From NCBI GenBank assembly GCA_965235115.1, contig OZ249436.1:55058001-55122000 (forward strand): a stretch of DNA of 64,000 nucleotides, read 5' to 3'. Positions 14,001-25,474 of this stretch are shown here, one piece after another. The position numbers and the translations under genes are program-made. A model generated the notes under the pieces. It saw only the letters and a list, made by a program, of their open reading frames with translations. It searched no databases and was not told where the DNA came from. How positions within the stretch are numbered: the stretch's first letter is position 1; every line of letters starts with the position of its first letter. This DNA comes from Laetmonice hystrix. Taxonomy: Eukaryota.

Positions 14001-15507
14001 AACATTTGTGATAGTGCCTTTGCATGTCTCGTAAGAGGTCTGGCTCTTCCATAAATTATTTTCCTTATTTTTGGGTTGAAAAGGAATGTATTTTTTTTCT
14101 GGCCAGAATTAGAAGAGAAATCGGTCATTTTAATTAATCTGAAAAAGAAATATGTTTGAAAATGTTTAAAACTGTGGCAACACAGTTTATCCCCATAAAC
14201 TATGTGAGGTGAGAAAATGAAAATTTCTTTGAAAACGTGGTCATTGGAAATGGACTGCTACATCTCAAATTACTGAGCGTGGGGCCACCCATATAACCCT
14301 CGGACGTCCTAGGCACTTATTTTGGATGGTATCATATAAAGTAATTCTACTAAAATGCAACACCTACAAAATATGCATCTTATGTAAGAATTCTATTGAT
14401 CAGGAAATGGATCAATCATTGATTTAGCTTTGGAAAACTACAAATACAAATCAATGTATCAAACAGGGTAGAGTAATAATATAAAGCGCCCATAGAAAAG
14501 TTCCAGGCATGCTCGATCATTTACACCAAAGTTGTGAGCGTTTTGGTATCGCTGGTCTATGTTACGTTACCAGCACAGGTCTAGCTGCCATGTCGTCTGC
14601 TAGAACATGACGATGTATGACGTCACACGGGCTCAGCTGGCAAACTCAGCCAGTGCTGCTCTTCCCGGCATTGGGACACGACTGCTCGTTTCTCGGTCGT
14701 CGAGAAGCAGTCTTCTAAATTTCCCCTTTATTCTGTGTTCTATTTGAGAATAACAATGTCCTTAATGCCCGGAAAATTGCAGGAAAAAAATTCACAAACC
14801 AACATTTTATTGCCACCGGTGAATTGTGTTTATTGGCGCTTGGGTAGAACTACGTCCATCATGATGATTCTAGATCATTTCGAGAATCAGGAGAAAATGT
14901 TTTACATGGATCACAGTTCATTCACTGAAAATATATACATCTACATTTAACATGTAGTAAAATGATCTTTTTATCAAGTATTTTGCATATAAATAAATTT
15001 CAATGTTCCCAAAATCAATCAAATGAAAGTAAGTAAGTCGACGATAATGACAATGTCAAAAGATAACAAAATCTAATACTTCAGACTTATGACATTATAC
15101 CTCAATCAAAATATCTCTTAGTATTCCCATCCAATCCTTAACAAGCTGCCAGGTCGCATACAAATTTGATGTCAGCAATCTTCGGCGGGATACATGTGAT
15201 AAGAGCTGTCTATGGGAGCAGGTGTCAGCTACAGAAGGGCCTAGCGACAGGATGTTTGAAGTAGTCGAGGCCGGGACTTTGACCCGGCACAGCCCGTCAC
15301 AGGGCTTCAGTCGACTTGCCAAGTCTGTCGGGGTCTTAACCGACCACTGGTGAAAAGGCCGTCGGCGCTGTCAATATGGGGATCCTCATCTAATGGCACA
15401 ATGACAGCCCCCCCCCGCCTTGCAACGACGAAATAAATGGAAGACATAGAAAGAAAGAAGAAATGGAAAGTAAGAAAGAATGAAGGAAAGATGACACGGA
15501 AAGAAGG

Positions 15508-15858
15508 GAAGGAAGGGAGGGAGGGAGGGAGGGAGGGAGGGAGGGAGGGAGGGAGGAAGGAAGGAAGGAAGGAAGGAAGGAAGGAAGGAAGGAAGGAAGG
15601 AAGGAAGGAAGGAAGGAAGGAAGGAAGGAAGGAAGGAAGGAAGGAAGGAAGGAAGGAAGGAAGGAAGGAAGGAAGGAAGGAAGGAAGGAAGGAAGGAAGG
15701 AAGGAAGGAAGGAAGGAAGGAAGGAAGGAAGGAAGGAAGGAAGGAAGGAAGGAAGGAAGGAAGGAAGGAAGGAAGGAAGGAAGGAAGGAAGGAAGGAAGG
15801 AAGGAAGGAAGGAAGGAAGGAAGGAAGGAAGGAAGGAAGGAAGGAAGGAAGGAAGGAA
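15508..15858. repeat. (GGAG)n/(GGAA)n microsatellite, about 350 bp
   Basis: Directly visible. It explains the FLPS/GRKE ORFs. Confidence 0.99.
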
Positions 15859-17375
15859 GTTTTGTAGACGGCTTGTGCGATCCAAGCCGAGACAATCCTA
15901 CAATACAATAGATGGGACACCACAAGTAAACACACGCCAGGCCGACATCTTACAACAGGTTACATGGATAAAGTACCAAATGATACATTTTCACTACTGG
16001 TATCAATGTTTTGCCCACTGAGCTCCTAATTGAATGCATTTATTAGTCTGACTAGTGTGCGGGACAGAAAAACCATTATAATGTCATCCAAGTGTGATAA
16101 CGTGCCCAAGCGATTGCTGATAACACGTGACACAGAACCTACAGAGCCTAGAGCAGTGGCCGGAGACTCCCACCACCTGCATACAGGTGTACCCTTTCCG
16201 TAGACGTTCCCTGGCCGGGGGCAAAGGGCAGAAGGGCGAATTTATCTAGTAAAGATGGAGGGTCGAGCTTAACGAACGTCATTATGGGCACGTGCCTCTT
16301 CCTAGGCCTGGCCTTGAATGATGATTGAAAGCCTGTCACCACGCAATCCATGTTGGATTTGTTATGTTATCACATTCGACATAAACATGAGCACCCCATG
16401 CAGATTCCGCACATTCGACATTCAACGTTAAAAGTATGATCCTATCTAAACGTCATCACACGACAAAAATATCCAACGAGTCAGTAGCTCCACCAGGATG
16501 CCATGAAAGGTGTGATTCGATAAAAAGCTGTCAGCGTCAAAGTTGGTTGTTGACACGAACCATTGATTTGGTCGGAGACAGCTTGGTGCCATCACCATAT
16601 TACCTGTGGCGTCACGTGGAGGTGGGGGGGGGGGGTGTCTCAGCATTAAACTGGCGGAGACCGGTCCCGGGGGCCGTCTCAACAAAAACCAACGCTGCAC
16701 GATCGAAGTGTGTCGTAAGACAAGTTGGTGTAACGTAGGGTGGAGATATATCAGCACCCATCTTCCAGGGACAAAGTACATTGCTGATTCAGCATTTTCC
16801 AACTTGTCTTACACCTACGCAGTTCTAGTGGCAACGTGACAATAAATCGACGTGAAAGAGGCTTTACCTGTCTTACTATGATTTAAGATATAAAATATAA
16901 AAACCCGCCTGAAGAAAGGTCGGAATAGAAGCAGGTATATTCTAATATCTTACATTTCTGGGCAAAATCTGTGAGTCACATAATGCTGTCGGTAACGTCT
17001 CCAAATCAGGCTTAATATCTTAGTGGGCCTTCAAGGGAAACTCTCTCAGTGAGCGCTAGCTAAGTCTTTCAGCATATTACAGCTTCCTTCTAATGGGATG
17101 AGCTTGGAATGCGAAAGTGGGAGGATATAGCGCTGTTCCTATGCTACCCACACACGAGAGTTTCAAAGCCATAGTCTTTTAAATGGGTAAGTCGAGAAAT
17201 CCTGGTGACTGAATATACGCCGACATAGATAGCAGTGTATGTGATGGTAATTTCTGATTGTAGAGTGCATGCTAACTAACGGCGTGTTTTGTCACCCAAG
17301 ACCTAACTCATACACATGAACCTGTCTTTGACGTCAAGGTACACCTGTGCCTTGTTACCTGTTCTGATAATCTTG

Positions 17376-17551
17376 TATCGTTGACACACTGACGCCCCAA
17401 TGCGCTTCAAATCGCATTGATACGGTTCGTGACACACCCAACACGGTTCCCAATGCGCATTGAATCGCATTGAACCCAAACCACATCCATATGTGGATTC
17501 AATGCGCATTGAAGCGCATTGAAAAAAAACGTTTTTGATGTGTCAACGGTA
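17376..17551. mobile_element. MITE with TATCGTTGACACA termini and internal CAATGCG/CGCATTG repeats
   Basis: 12/13 terminal inverted repeat (tatcgttgacaca / tgtgtcaacggta) and repeated internal caatgcgcattgaa palindromes. Possibly PIF/Harbinger-type (inference). Confidence 0.7.
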
Positions 17552-18524
17552 TTAAGCGTCCAAAATCGGTACCGCGCAACAGGATGAATTCGGAAGCGTT
17601 ATAGTGAAAGCCAAATTCCAGTAGGTGGCGGTAGTGTCATGGCATACTTCCGGTGGCCATTGACCTTTCATATTTTTAATTCTTTAGTTTGTAAATTAAT
17701 ATTATATATATTAGAAATGTATTATTTGCCGCCATATAATTTTTCTGGGTTTTTTTGCATTAAATATCATTAAGACGATAATCATCTAAGGAGGGGAGGA
17801 AATTATGGCATATTTTCAGGCAAATTGCAAAACTAATGTGCAATAACCCATATTATTTTATGGCTGCCGCACTTTCCCTGTCCTCATTTGTCAGTTCCCT
17901 GTCACGTGACCACAGATAAAAACTAATATTGCACGGAAAAAAGTAATATTGACCAGTCAATATTACTTTTTCACTGCCGTCAAGCATTCTCACCCCCGCG
18001 TGCAAATAGGCTCTTACGCATTCTTAACGTAAGTTTAATATAAAAGCTTGGAGGGATGACAGCGTATGATAGCAAAGCGGAAACTACGCGAGGCTAATTT
18101 CAGAATCTTGTTTAGCCTCTAGTCTAGGCTAGCTCTATATTGCGAATGCGAAAGTAATCATAAAGATACTGCTAGATAAAGCAGTCGTGAACACGATGGA
18201 TCCCTGTAGCCTATCTAATTTCCCGACATGAGAAGTTTATGTGGTGACTGATTGTTAAGATTGGTCATGGTTTTGATCATGGTTTACTGGTAGAATTGTG
18301 AGTACCAGTTGACTCACTGAGGCTCAGCATACCGGTAGGCCTAGGTCTAGATGAGTCTTAATGGAGTAGTTAAACTGACTGACTGTTCATGGGTCCTGGC
18401 ATAGACAGGAAAAGTACAGCAGTCATAAAATAAAACAAATATGGCACTTGGTATCGTGCAATATGAAAATTTATGGCACGATGGCAACTGATATTGCACT
18501 CCGCTTCGCGTCGTGCAATAATTG

Positions 18525-18950
18525 TGCAACTAGTGGTGGCGATCAGTGACCGATCGTACCGATCGTACGACCAATCGTGGCGACTTGCGACCTTTCGCAC
18601 GATCGATCACAGCCAATCACAGCCAGTCACACGATCCATCACATCATCAATCGCCAGGTGACACGACCAGTTGCCCAACCAATCGTGCGACTGCTTGACT
18701 TGCGATCATGTGCGACTGGTGGTGGGACCATGCGCGACTGGTGGTACGATTGTCTGCCACCCCTTACGATTTGGAATCGCAGGTAAGAAGTTTTGAACAT
18801 GATCATCGACCTTGCTGCGACCGATTTTGCTCTGGCGATTACTCACGACCTCTGCGACACGTCGCACCCTCTTTCTACGTTTTGCCTGCGATTTCAACAT
18901 TTTTCGGTCGCAGCTCGTAACCCGGTCGCAGGTCCGGTGTGACTGGACTT
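18525..18950. mobile_element. CGAC/GTCG-rich non-autonomous DNA element fragment
   Basis: Dense gcgac/gtcgc/cgatcg short repeats, an internal ttttgaacatg, and an end at gtgtgactggactt. It resembles Harbinger-type MITE architecture; only one terminus is apparent. Confidence 0.5.
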
Positions 18951-20001
18951 ATGGCGCTCTTGCGCTTTTAACGTCTGAATCAGACGCATTACCTGACCTG
19001 TGCCGGTAAGAAAATACACTTTTTCAACCATGGAAGACCTATATAAACTCCCCAGCAAGATGCACTTGAGGCTCACATAGCTCGCATTACTGTCGAGGGC
19101 CAACACGCGTCTATGAAATAATCCGAACACGTGAGAGCTTTTATTTTTATCCCAGACCGATCCGATTTAGACTTTATAATACACCAATCAGTCTGGTATA
19201 GGGACGTTCAAATTAGACACATTTAGCCCAATTTCAACTTCGAAGGTGTCCTAGAAAATCTTTAAAATGTTACAAATAAATACTTTTAGAAAACGTTTCA
19301 CTGAGATATCACTCTGGGCCCTTTTAGTCCTTTCAAAGTGATCGCCAGGGAGTTTTGGGGCAGGGTTAATTGTTTTCTCTGGTCTGAATACACCTTTGAT
19401 GGACAATGCAACTTTATCAACAATTGTTTTCGCCAGCTAGGGTACGATCACATGGACATGCGAGTTTCTCCGCAAAATTTGGGGACAAATATGAATCTGA
19501 AATGCCTTTACATTTCTAGTTGTTCCAAAATTTGAAAATTTGCGTTAACCCACTTTTTCTTTATCAAACCTAGAGGTACTCCGATTGAGTTCATAACAAC
19601 TGGTTTGCCCTAAGGGGCATGTAAGATTATAAAAAAATAATGTTTCCCAATAGAAAGTGTCTGAAATAGAAATCAAACTCCTGAACAAACAAGAGTAACT
19701 ATGCGGGCGAGGCAGCACCTGTCCCGGGATTCCCGCCTCATCTCTTTTGTCTCCTGTCTAGAACAACCTTTGCTGCTCTTAGCTGCTACCTTCCCCTAAG
19801 CCTCCTCTAAGTCGGTGCTGGGACGTAATTGCTATCCGGACTCCGGACCTTGCTACGGGCGCTCCGTACTGCTATAGAGAGATCTCTGTACAACGTACTG
19901 CGCTGCGCTTCAAATCGCACTGGTGAGCAAAGCGGCGAGCTGCATAAACTCAACGATTATAATGAAACAAATAATTAAATAATAATCAAACAAAGACTGA
20001 C

Positions 20002-20159
20002 CCGGAGTAAGATGACCCGTGCTGGAAGAGGTGAGTCCCGATCCTGAGGAACAACTGGAGTTTGGCGATGGATCCCGCGTGGCAGCCTGAGGGATCAAGA
20101 TCTGCTGCACTGGGATCATAGCCAGGGTCTTCGACCGCACAAACTCCTTCCCATTGGCA
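20002..20159 (-). CDS. Internal coding exon of an unidentified minus-strand gene (x-ANGKEFVRSKTLAMIPVQQILIPQAATRDPSPNSSCSSGSGLTSSSTGHLTP-G)
   Basis: On the minus strand a pyrimidine tract ends in an acceptor (tttctcgtcttcttcttcttcTAG|) and the exon ends at a donor (G|GTCAGT). It is 158 nt (1+52 codons+1), open, GC-richer than its flanks, and phase-compatible with the upstream exons ending at 22629 and 51468. Confidence 0.8.
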
Positions 20160-20876
20160 CTAGAAGAAGAAGAAGACGAGAAACACTCACTATATAATAT
20201 TTTTATGTATACCACGACCGTCGACTGGATTATTGTATTAGGTTAATATGATTGTCTGATTAGGTTAACAGGGGCCTAGACCGACCTTGAATACTGCATC
20301 CAAATTGCATTCCCTGTATTCTAGGGAATCTATCAAAATAAAAAGTTATGCTGTAAATTTATGGACAACACAGATCTAATAATAAACGAACTGTCATTTA
20401 CTCAGCTCTTGTGCATTTCAAATGAGACATCAGGTGTTAATGCTGACAAAACTCAAGACTGTGGAATGCAGTTAGTAAATCAAAGAAATACCACAGGAAT
20501 TGCCCCTTGAATGGTTCTCCTTGTATTCATCATTCTTCATATTATCAGTGACAGAATTGAGAATTCATTTAGTATGTCGATATCCGAGGCTGTCTTCTAG
20601 AAGGTGCCCCGCATGCAGTGGTATGTCGGTCTATAGGCCTATATATACGTCATACAACCATGAACAGCCATACATTAGTTTTCTCAACGCCGCGATTTTT
20701 CTAGCTATTCCCCGGATTCAGCGACGGGCCTCAGATGTAACAGTCTGATTACAACACACACATCGACAAAGCCTAGTCTCTACTAATCGCAGAGTTTTTC
20801 ACGCCAACAGCTGACACCCGTACACCCTCCCTTTGCCCCCTCCCTCACCACGCCACCCCCCCCCCCCCCTTCCAAA

Positions 20877-21496
20877 GGAAGGAGAGCAACGTGGGCGGGA
20901 CGTTATTCTCCGTTACCGTTACAATAACATTAGCGGGACGTTATTCTCCGTTACCGTTACAATAACGTTAGCGGGACGTTATTCTCCTTTACCGTTACAA
21001 TAACGTTAGCGGGACGTTATTCTCCGTTACCGTTACAATAACGTTAGCGGGGCGTTATTCTTCGTTACCGTTACAATAACGGTAGCGGGGCGTTATTCTC
21101 CGTGAGAATCGCATGGGCAAGACGTTATTCTCCGTCAGGCCAATATCCGTTGAGAATTCTAAACCTTTTTCCGGCAAAAAACAGCAGGAAGGAGAGCAAC
21201 GTGGGCGGGACGTTATTCTCCGTTACCGTTACAATAACATTAGCGGGACGTTATTCTCCGTTACCGTTACAATAACGTTAGCGGGACGTTATTCTCCGTT
21301 ACCGTTACAATAACGTTAGCGGGACGTTATTCTCCGTTACCGTTACAATAACGTTAGCGGGGCGTTATTCTTCGTTACCGTTACAATAACGGTAGCGGGG
21401 CGTTATTCTCCGTGAGAATCGCATGGGCAAGACGTTATTCTCCGTCAGGCCAATATCCGTTGAGAATTCTAAACCTTTTTCCGGCAAAAAACAGCA
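20877..21496. repeat. 310-bp tandem duplication, each unit containing about five 38-bp subrepeats
   Basis: Units 20877-21186 and 21187-21496 are near-identical. The subrepeat is gcgggacgttattctccgttaccgttacaataacgtta. Confidence 0.95.
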
Positions 21497-22628
21497 AGTA
21501 TTCAGGGACGGCCGGAGCAGGACGAAGAATTTTGTATTGGCTTCACCACGCCTTGAGCCTTTACTGCGGCTTCTGTTTCCCGGAAACAACTGTGCAATCT
21601 CCTGCAGGAAGCGTTCAATCATGGCACAAGAGAAACTCCAGGCATCTACAATCGGCCGGCCGACATATAGTCGTCTCAATACACAGATACGTGGATATAG
21701 TTCCATAACCTGGTTAACAGGGTGGGCAGTGCTCCGTGCGATGGAAATGATAGTTCTACCCCATCATTTCAATATCCCTGCTCCACCTCTAACTGTGATA
21801 CGATATTTTATATGATGGTAAGACACAGTAAGCTTGCCGGTATCAGAGAGATCGTGAAGGGTTCATCATACACCATCCACCATAACTTTATAACAAAAAG
21901 TCGAAGCTGACAAATGGTTTCAAGGCTAGATTTCAAAGGAGGCCATAGAGTCTGTGAAATTATTTGAGAGCCTCCTGAAATATCCCAGAAACGGTATATC
22001 TGGGGTAGGAAGGTCTTTGAAAGTGTGTGTGTGTTGGGGGGGGGGGCAAACTCAGCCCGGGAGGGGGGTGGGTAAACATACTCTCTTCCCCCGTCATTTC
22101 AAAGTGGAGGGAAAGCCCCCTTTTCCCACACCCCTGTATATATGTCTGACATGTGACGGAGGACCTCTTTCTGTGGGGCCTCACTCCCAACAGCCAACAG
22201 TAGGTCATGTACGTACAGACTGTCTTGGTTACGCCCAGGAAGCAGGCGCCTAACTCATGACCTAATACGGGAGCACGCAGACTAATGACGTACACCACAG
22301 GAAAGATGTGTTATCCTGTTAGCGTTGCTGAAATACGCTGCTTCTATATATAAATACCACCTCCGCGTTTTTCTTGGAAATATCGCTTTTTAATATCAGG
22401 CAGGCACATCCATTTCAATGCAAATTACGTTAAGAGATATGGCCACGACAAGAATATTTACGAAGACTCTGTGGGGACCATAACCAGACGGCCCAAACAG
22501 ACCACCCTCTGCGACAGCGGACTTACACATTTAACGACTTTATATTTAATTATTCTCCACCAAACATTCTACAATCATACCACCAGCGATCTGGCTATTT
22601 CTGTACAACCTTAACACATAGATCTCAC

Positions 22629-22864
22629 CGGACAGTGCGGCCCTTTTGCTTGAATCGCCTCAGTAGACCCGCGAAATCGGGAAAGTCTACCGAAGAAAGG
22701 AGCGGCGCGCTCTTTCTACGTTTCTCCTCCACTTTGGGCTCCTTGGTCGACGCGAAGAGCGGTGCACTTCTCCGCCGAACTTCTAAGTTAGAAGGTTGGT
22801 CCCCTACGGAGGAGCCACTGGTCCGCCTCCCCCTGCCCGGCTTCCAAAACTCGGATAGAAACAT
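22629..22864 (-). CDS. Alternative first coding exon (MFLSEFWKPGRGRRTSGSS...RRRSAPLF...RRKSAPLLSSVDFPDFAGLLRRFKQKGRTV-R)
   Basis: ATG at 22864 has an in-frame TGA upstream at 22915-22913. The frame is open for 236 nt to a donor CG|GTGAGA (phase 2). CG+T joins in frame to exon 20159. The peptide is protein-like with repeated RRxS motifs. Confidence 0.7.
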
Positions 22865-25341
22865 ATTGTCCGAATGGTGTTCAACAAATTCCTTGGCTTT
22901 GATATGGTCTATTCAGACCCCTCTCGCCATTGAACGTTGGAAGCGCCGTCCTCTCCATCGTCCTGATTTTTTTATATTGACGTATAATGCATCCGTATCA
23001 ATATCCATAGGTTGCGGAGAGCGACGGTTAGGATATTCATATTAATCACCATGGTGGAGATTCTCGGCAGCATCATGATTATCCTGTTTCTCACACAGCT
23101 GAGTTCTGCTAGTATCCGGGTAGTAAGCTTCCTTGACAGTGGCATCGGGTCTGTTTTCATTTCAGTCCGGCTTAAATTATCCTAAAACAGATAACGTTGG
23201 TTCCTTGGTGGTATCTGAGCACTACAAGGCGAATAAAGAGCGCTACTCCTGAGATAAGCGGATTGTACTTCACCAGTCCAGAAAATTGGCAACCCTCGAC
23301 GGGCACCACTTAACAGTGGTAATGTAAACAAACGCAACTGGTTTCTGACGTAAAACCCACCTCGGCATCGCTTAGTACATCCTACAAGAAAACCAGACAC
23401 GAAACTAACGTGTACATCCTTGACAATCACTGAGGTCTGTGGGCTTTGATCGAATCCCTGACCTGTGTCAGGACGCAACGACTTCCAACAGGTCAACGCC
23501 GGACGGTTTGTGGTAGTCCTCCAAACCTGGACCTCTCTCACAGCTCTATCAGTACGAGTAGCGCCAGGTAAAGCCGTGCTATTACAGGTGAGATGACTGA
23601 ATCAAGAGCACCGCCGACATTTGAAGTGGCGGCAAAGCCCCGGTGATCTGGCGTCGTCGCCATAGCCTGGAGTATTACTTGGCCTGGGGTGGGGGGTAAC
23701 AGAACCCTCGGGATCAACTCCTGTCGTCGGCCTCGATCTGCCATCTCGACTTGTGCTCAGTGGTACCCTGTCAGTTGGTATGTCGCCATGCTGACAGGGG
23801 ACCCAGACGGCGAGTCTGGTGGATGGTGCCCGCTGTCGCCGCTGGTTCCACTTGGTGTCGTGGTGGAGACAGGAGGCTGTGACAGCACCTCCACCACATA
23901 CACACACCCACACACCACCTGGACCACTCCGGTGGTGGCGGTGGTGGTGGTGGTCCACCTGCCCACTGCCACCACCCGTCACCGCCACCAGTTCCACACA
24001 CCACCCAGCCAGCCACCACTCCCTGCTTGATGAGGACAGCAGCCTCTTTGAGCCCCATCTCCTCTATCATCATATCACATATTCATTACCAACACTTGCC
24101 AACGTGTCAGATGCCATAAAGTTCCAGAAAATATTGTCCTAGGAGGGCACGGCGCGATCTTCCGCTGTCAACCAGAAATACTTCTCGTCAACATCTATGA
24201 TAAAGATTGCTCTCGCATTACTTGTTAGGAGTGACCCACATCTAATGGTCGTCCATCCATCTTCATTGTATGACCCTGACCAGTTCACATGCTGAGATTG
24301 CCGTTATACGTTAGAGATACAATATAATATCACCATGAGTGCACCTGATGGCTTCCATGCGCCAACATTGGGAAGTCATTCAATAAATATAGATCTGTTT
24401 AATGATTTAGATCTGGACTTGACGTGAAAGGTTAATGTTGTAATCCCTTGTCCACAAAGGTAGGCCCTACAGTACATAGCGAGCGGTACGGGTTTTGACC
24501 GCAAACAACATGTAGCAGCATGAAGCACCTCACAGCTGCCGGATTCCAAGGTTATACATGCCCACTGACAGCTGGTGGTGTTACAAACATTGCTTGGGCA
24601 GTTCACATTCGGTGTTGGCGGCTGGTATGAACTGCTATGGTTTATAGTCTGTTTAGTAATACTGTCTGGCAAGACGTCATAACATGTCCGCTAATGATGG
24701 TTGGCATGAGGCCACAATATGTGCATCAAGTATGGCGTCACGAATTGTCACATAATGGTGGTTCCATGACGGTATAAATATTTTGCCCCGCATATTTCGT
24801 AATCTCATGGAAGTAGCATTTTGTTCCAATCATTGTTCCAATTATATAATATTATATAAACGTCATGTTAGATAGTGACGGTCACTTCACAATATTTCAG
24901 ACTTGTCTATATGCTGGGGCCGGTATTTTAATTCACAGTCTTAGGCCTATAAGCCAGCGTAAGACTGAGCCTAGTCTTATGTTTCTGTTTTTAAATCACC
25001 GACAGAGGCTTAGACTTTAAGCCTGTGCTCAGCTTTGTAAGATAAGTGCCGAGCTAGCTAATTATAATTAGCACGCTTCAAACTTCCGTTTCTCCATATT
25101 TAGACAGCATTGTTGCTTCCTATCACTATTCACCGAGTCATTTTATATAGGCCTAATACTAAAAGTTCGATGAGATCAACATTTACACAGCTTTGATCCG
25201 TATTAGTTATTAGTATTATCTGAATTATGTAACTTCAGCACAGCCTCGTTGGCACAAGTCAGCAGGCTGCCGAATAGTTCGGTGGAAGGACTTCCCTTTT
25301 CGTAACGCTATGGTGTGGGAGTGATCCAGCCGTGGGCGATT

Positions 25342-25474
25342 CGGCACAAGTCGGGGAATGGGCATGACGTCACCAAATGAGCGATAATGAGTGTTCGGTA
25401 AGGGTTGGGGTTAGGTTTATACATCTTTTATCGCTCATTTTTATGATGTCACGACCATTCCCCGACATGAGCCG
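25342..25474. mobile_element. Fold-back element with GGTTAG-like spacer
   Basis: About 45-bp imperfect inverted arms (cggcacaagtcggggaatgg...aaatgagcgataa / ttatcgctcattt...ccattccccgacatgagccg) flank agggttggggttaggttta. A third partial arm lies at about 25495-25529. Confidence 0.65.

Noticed and set aside
15101..15420. Candidate minus-strand exon ending GAG|GTATAA
   Set aside because: No convincing acceptor gives an open phase-1 frame, and the peptide is not recognisable.
15307..16021. Long ORFs of 179-194 aa
   Set aside because: They are translations of the (GGAA)n microsatellite.
18955..19005. tRNA-like hairpin (cgtctgaatcagacg)
   Set aside because: There is no T-arm/B-box or acceptor stem. 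At most it is a SINE head remnant.
23538..24142. His/Pro/Thr-rich overlapping ORFs
   Set aside because: GC-rich low-complexity (CCA/GGT) sequence is open in many frames, with no domain or splice pair.
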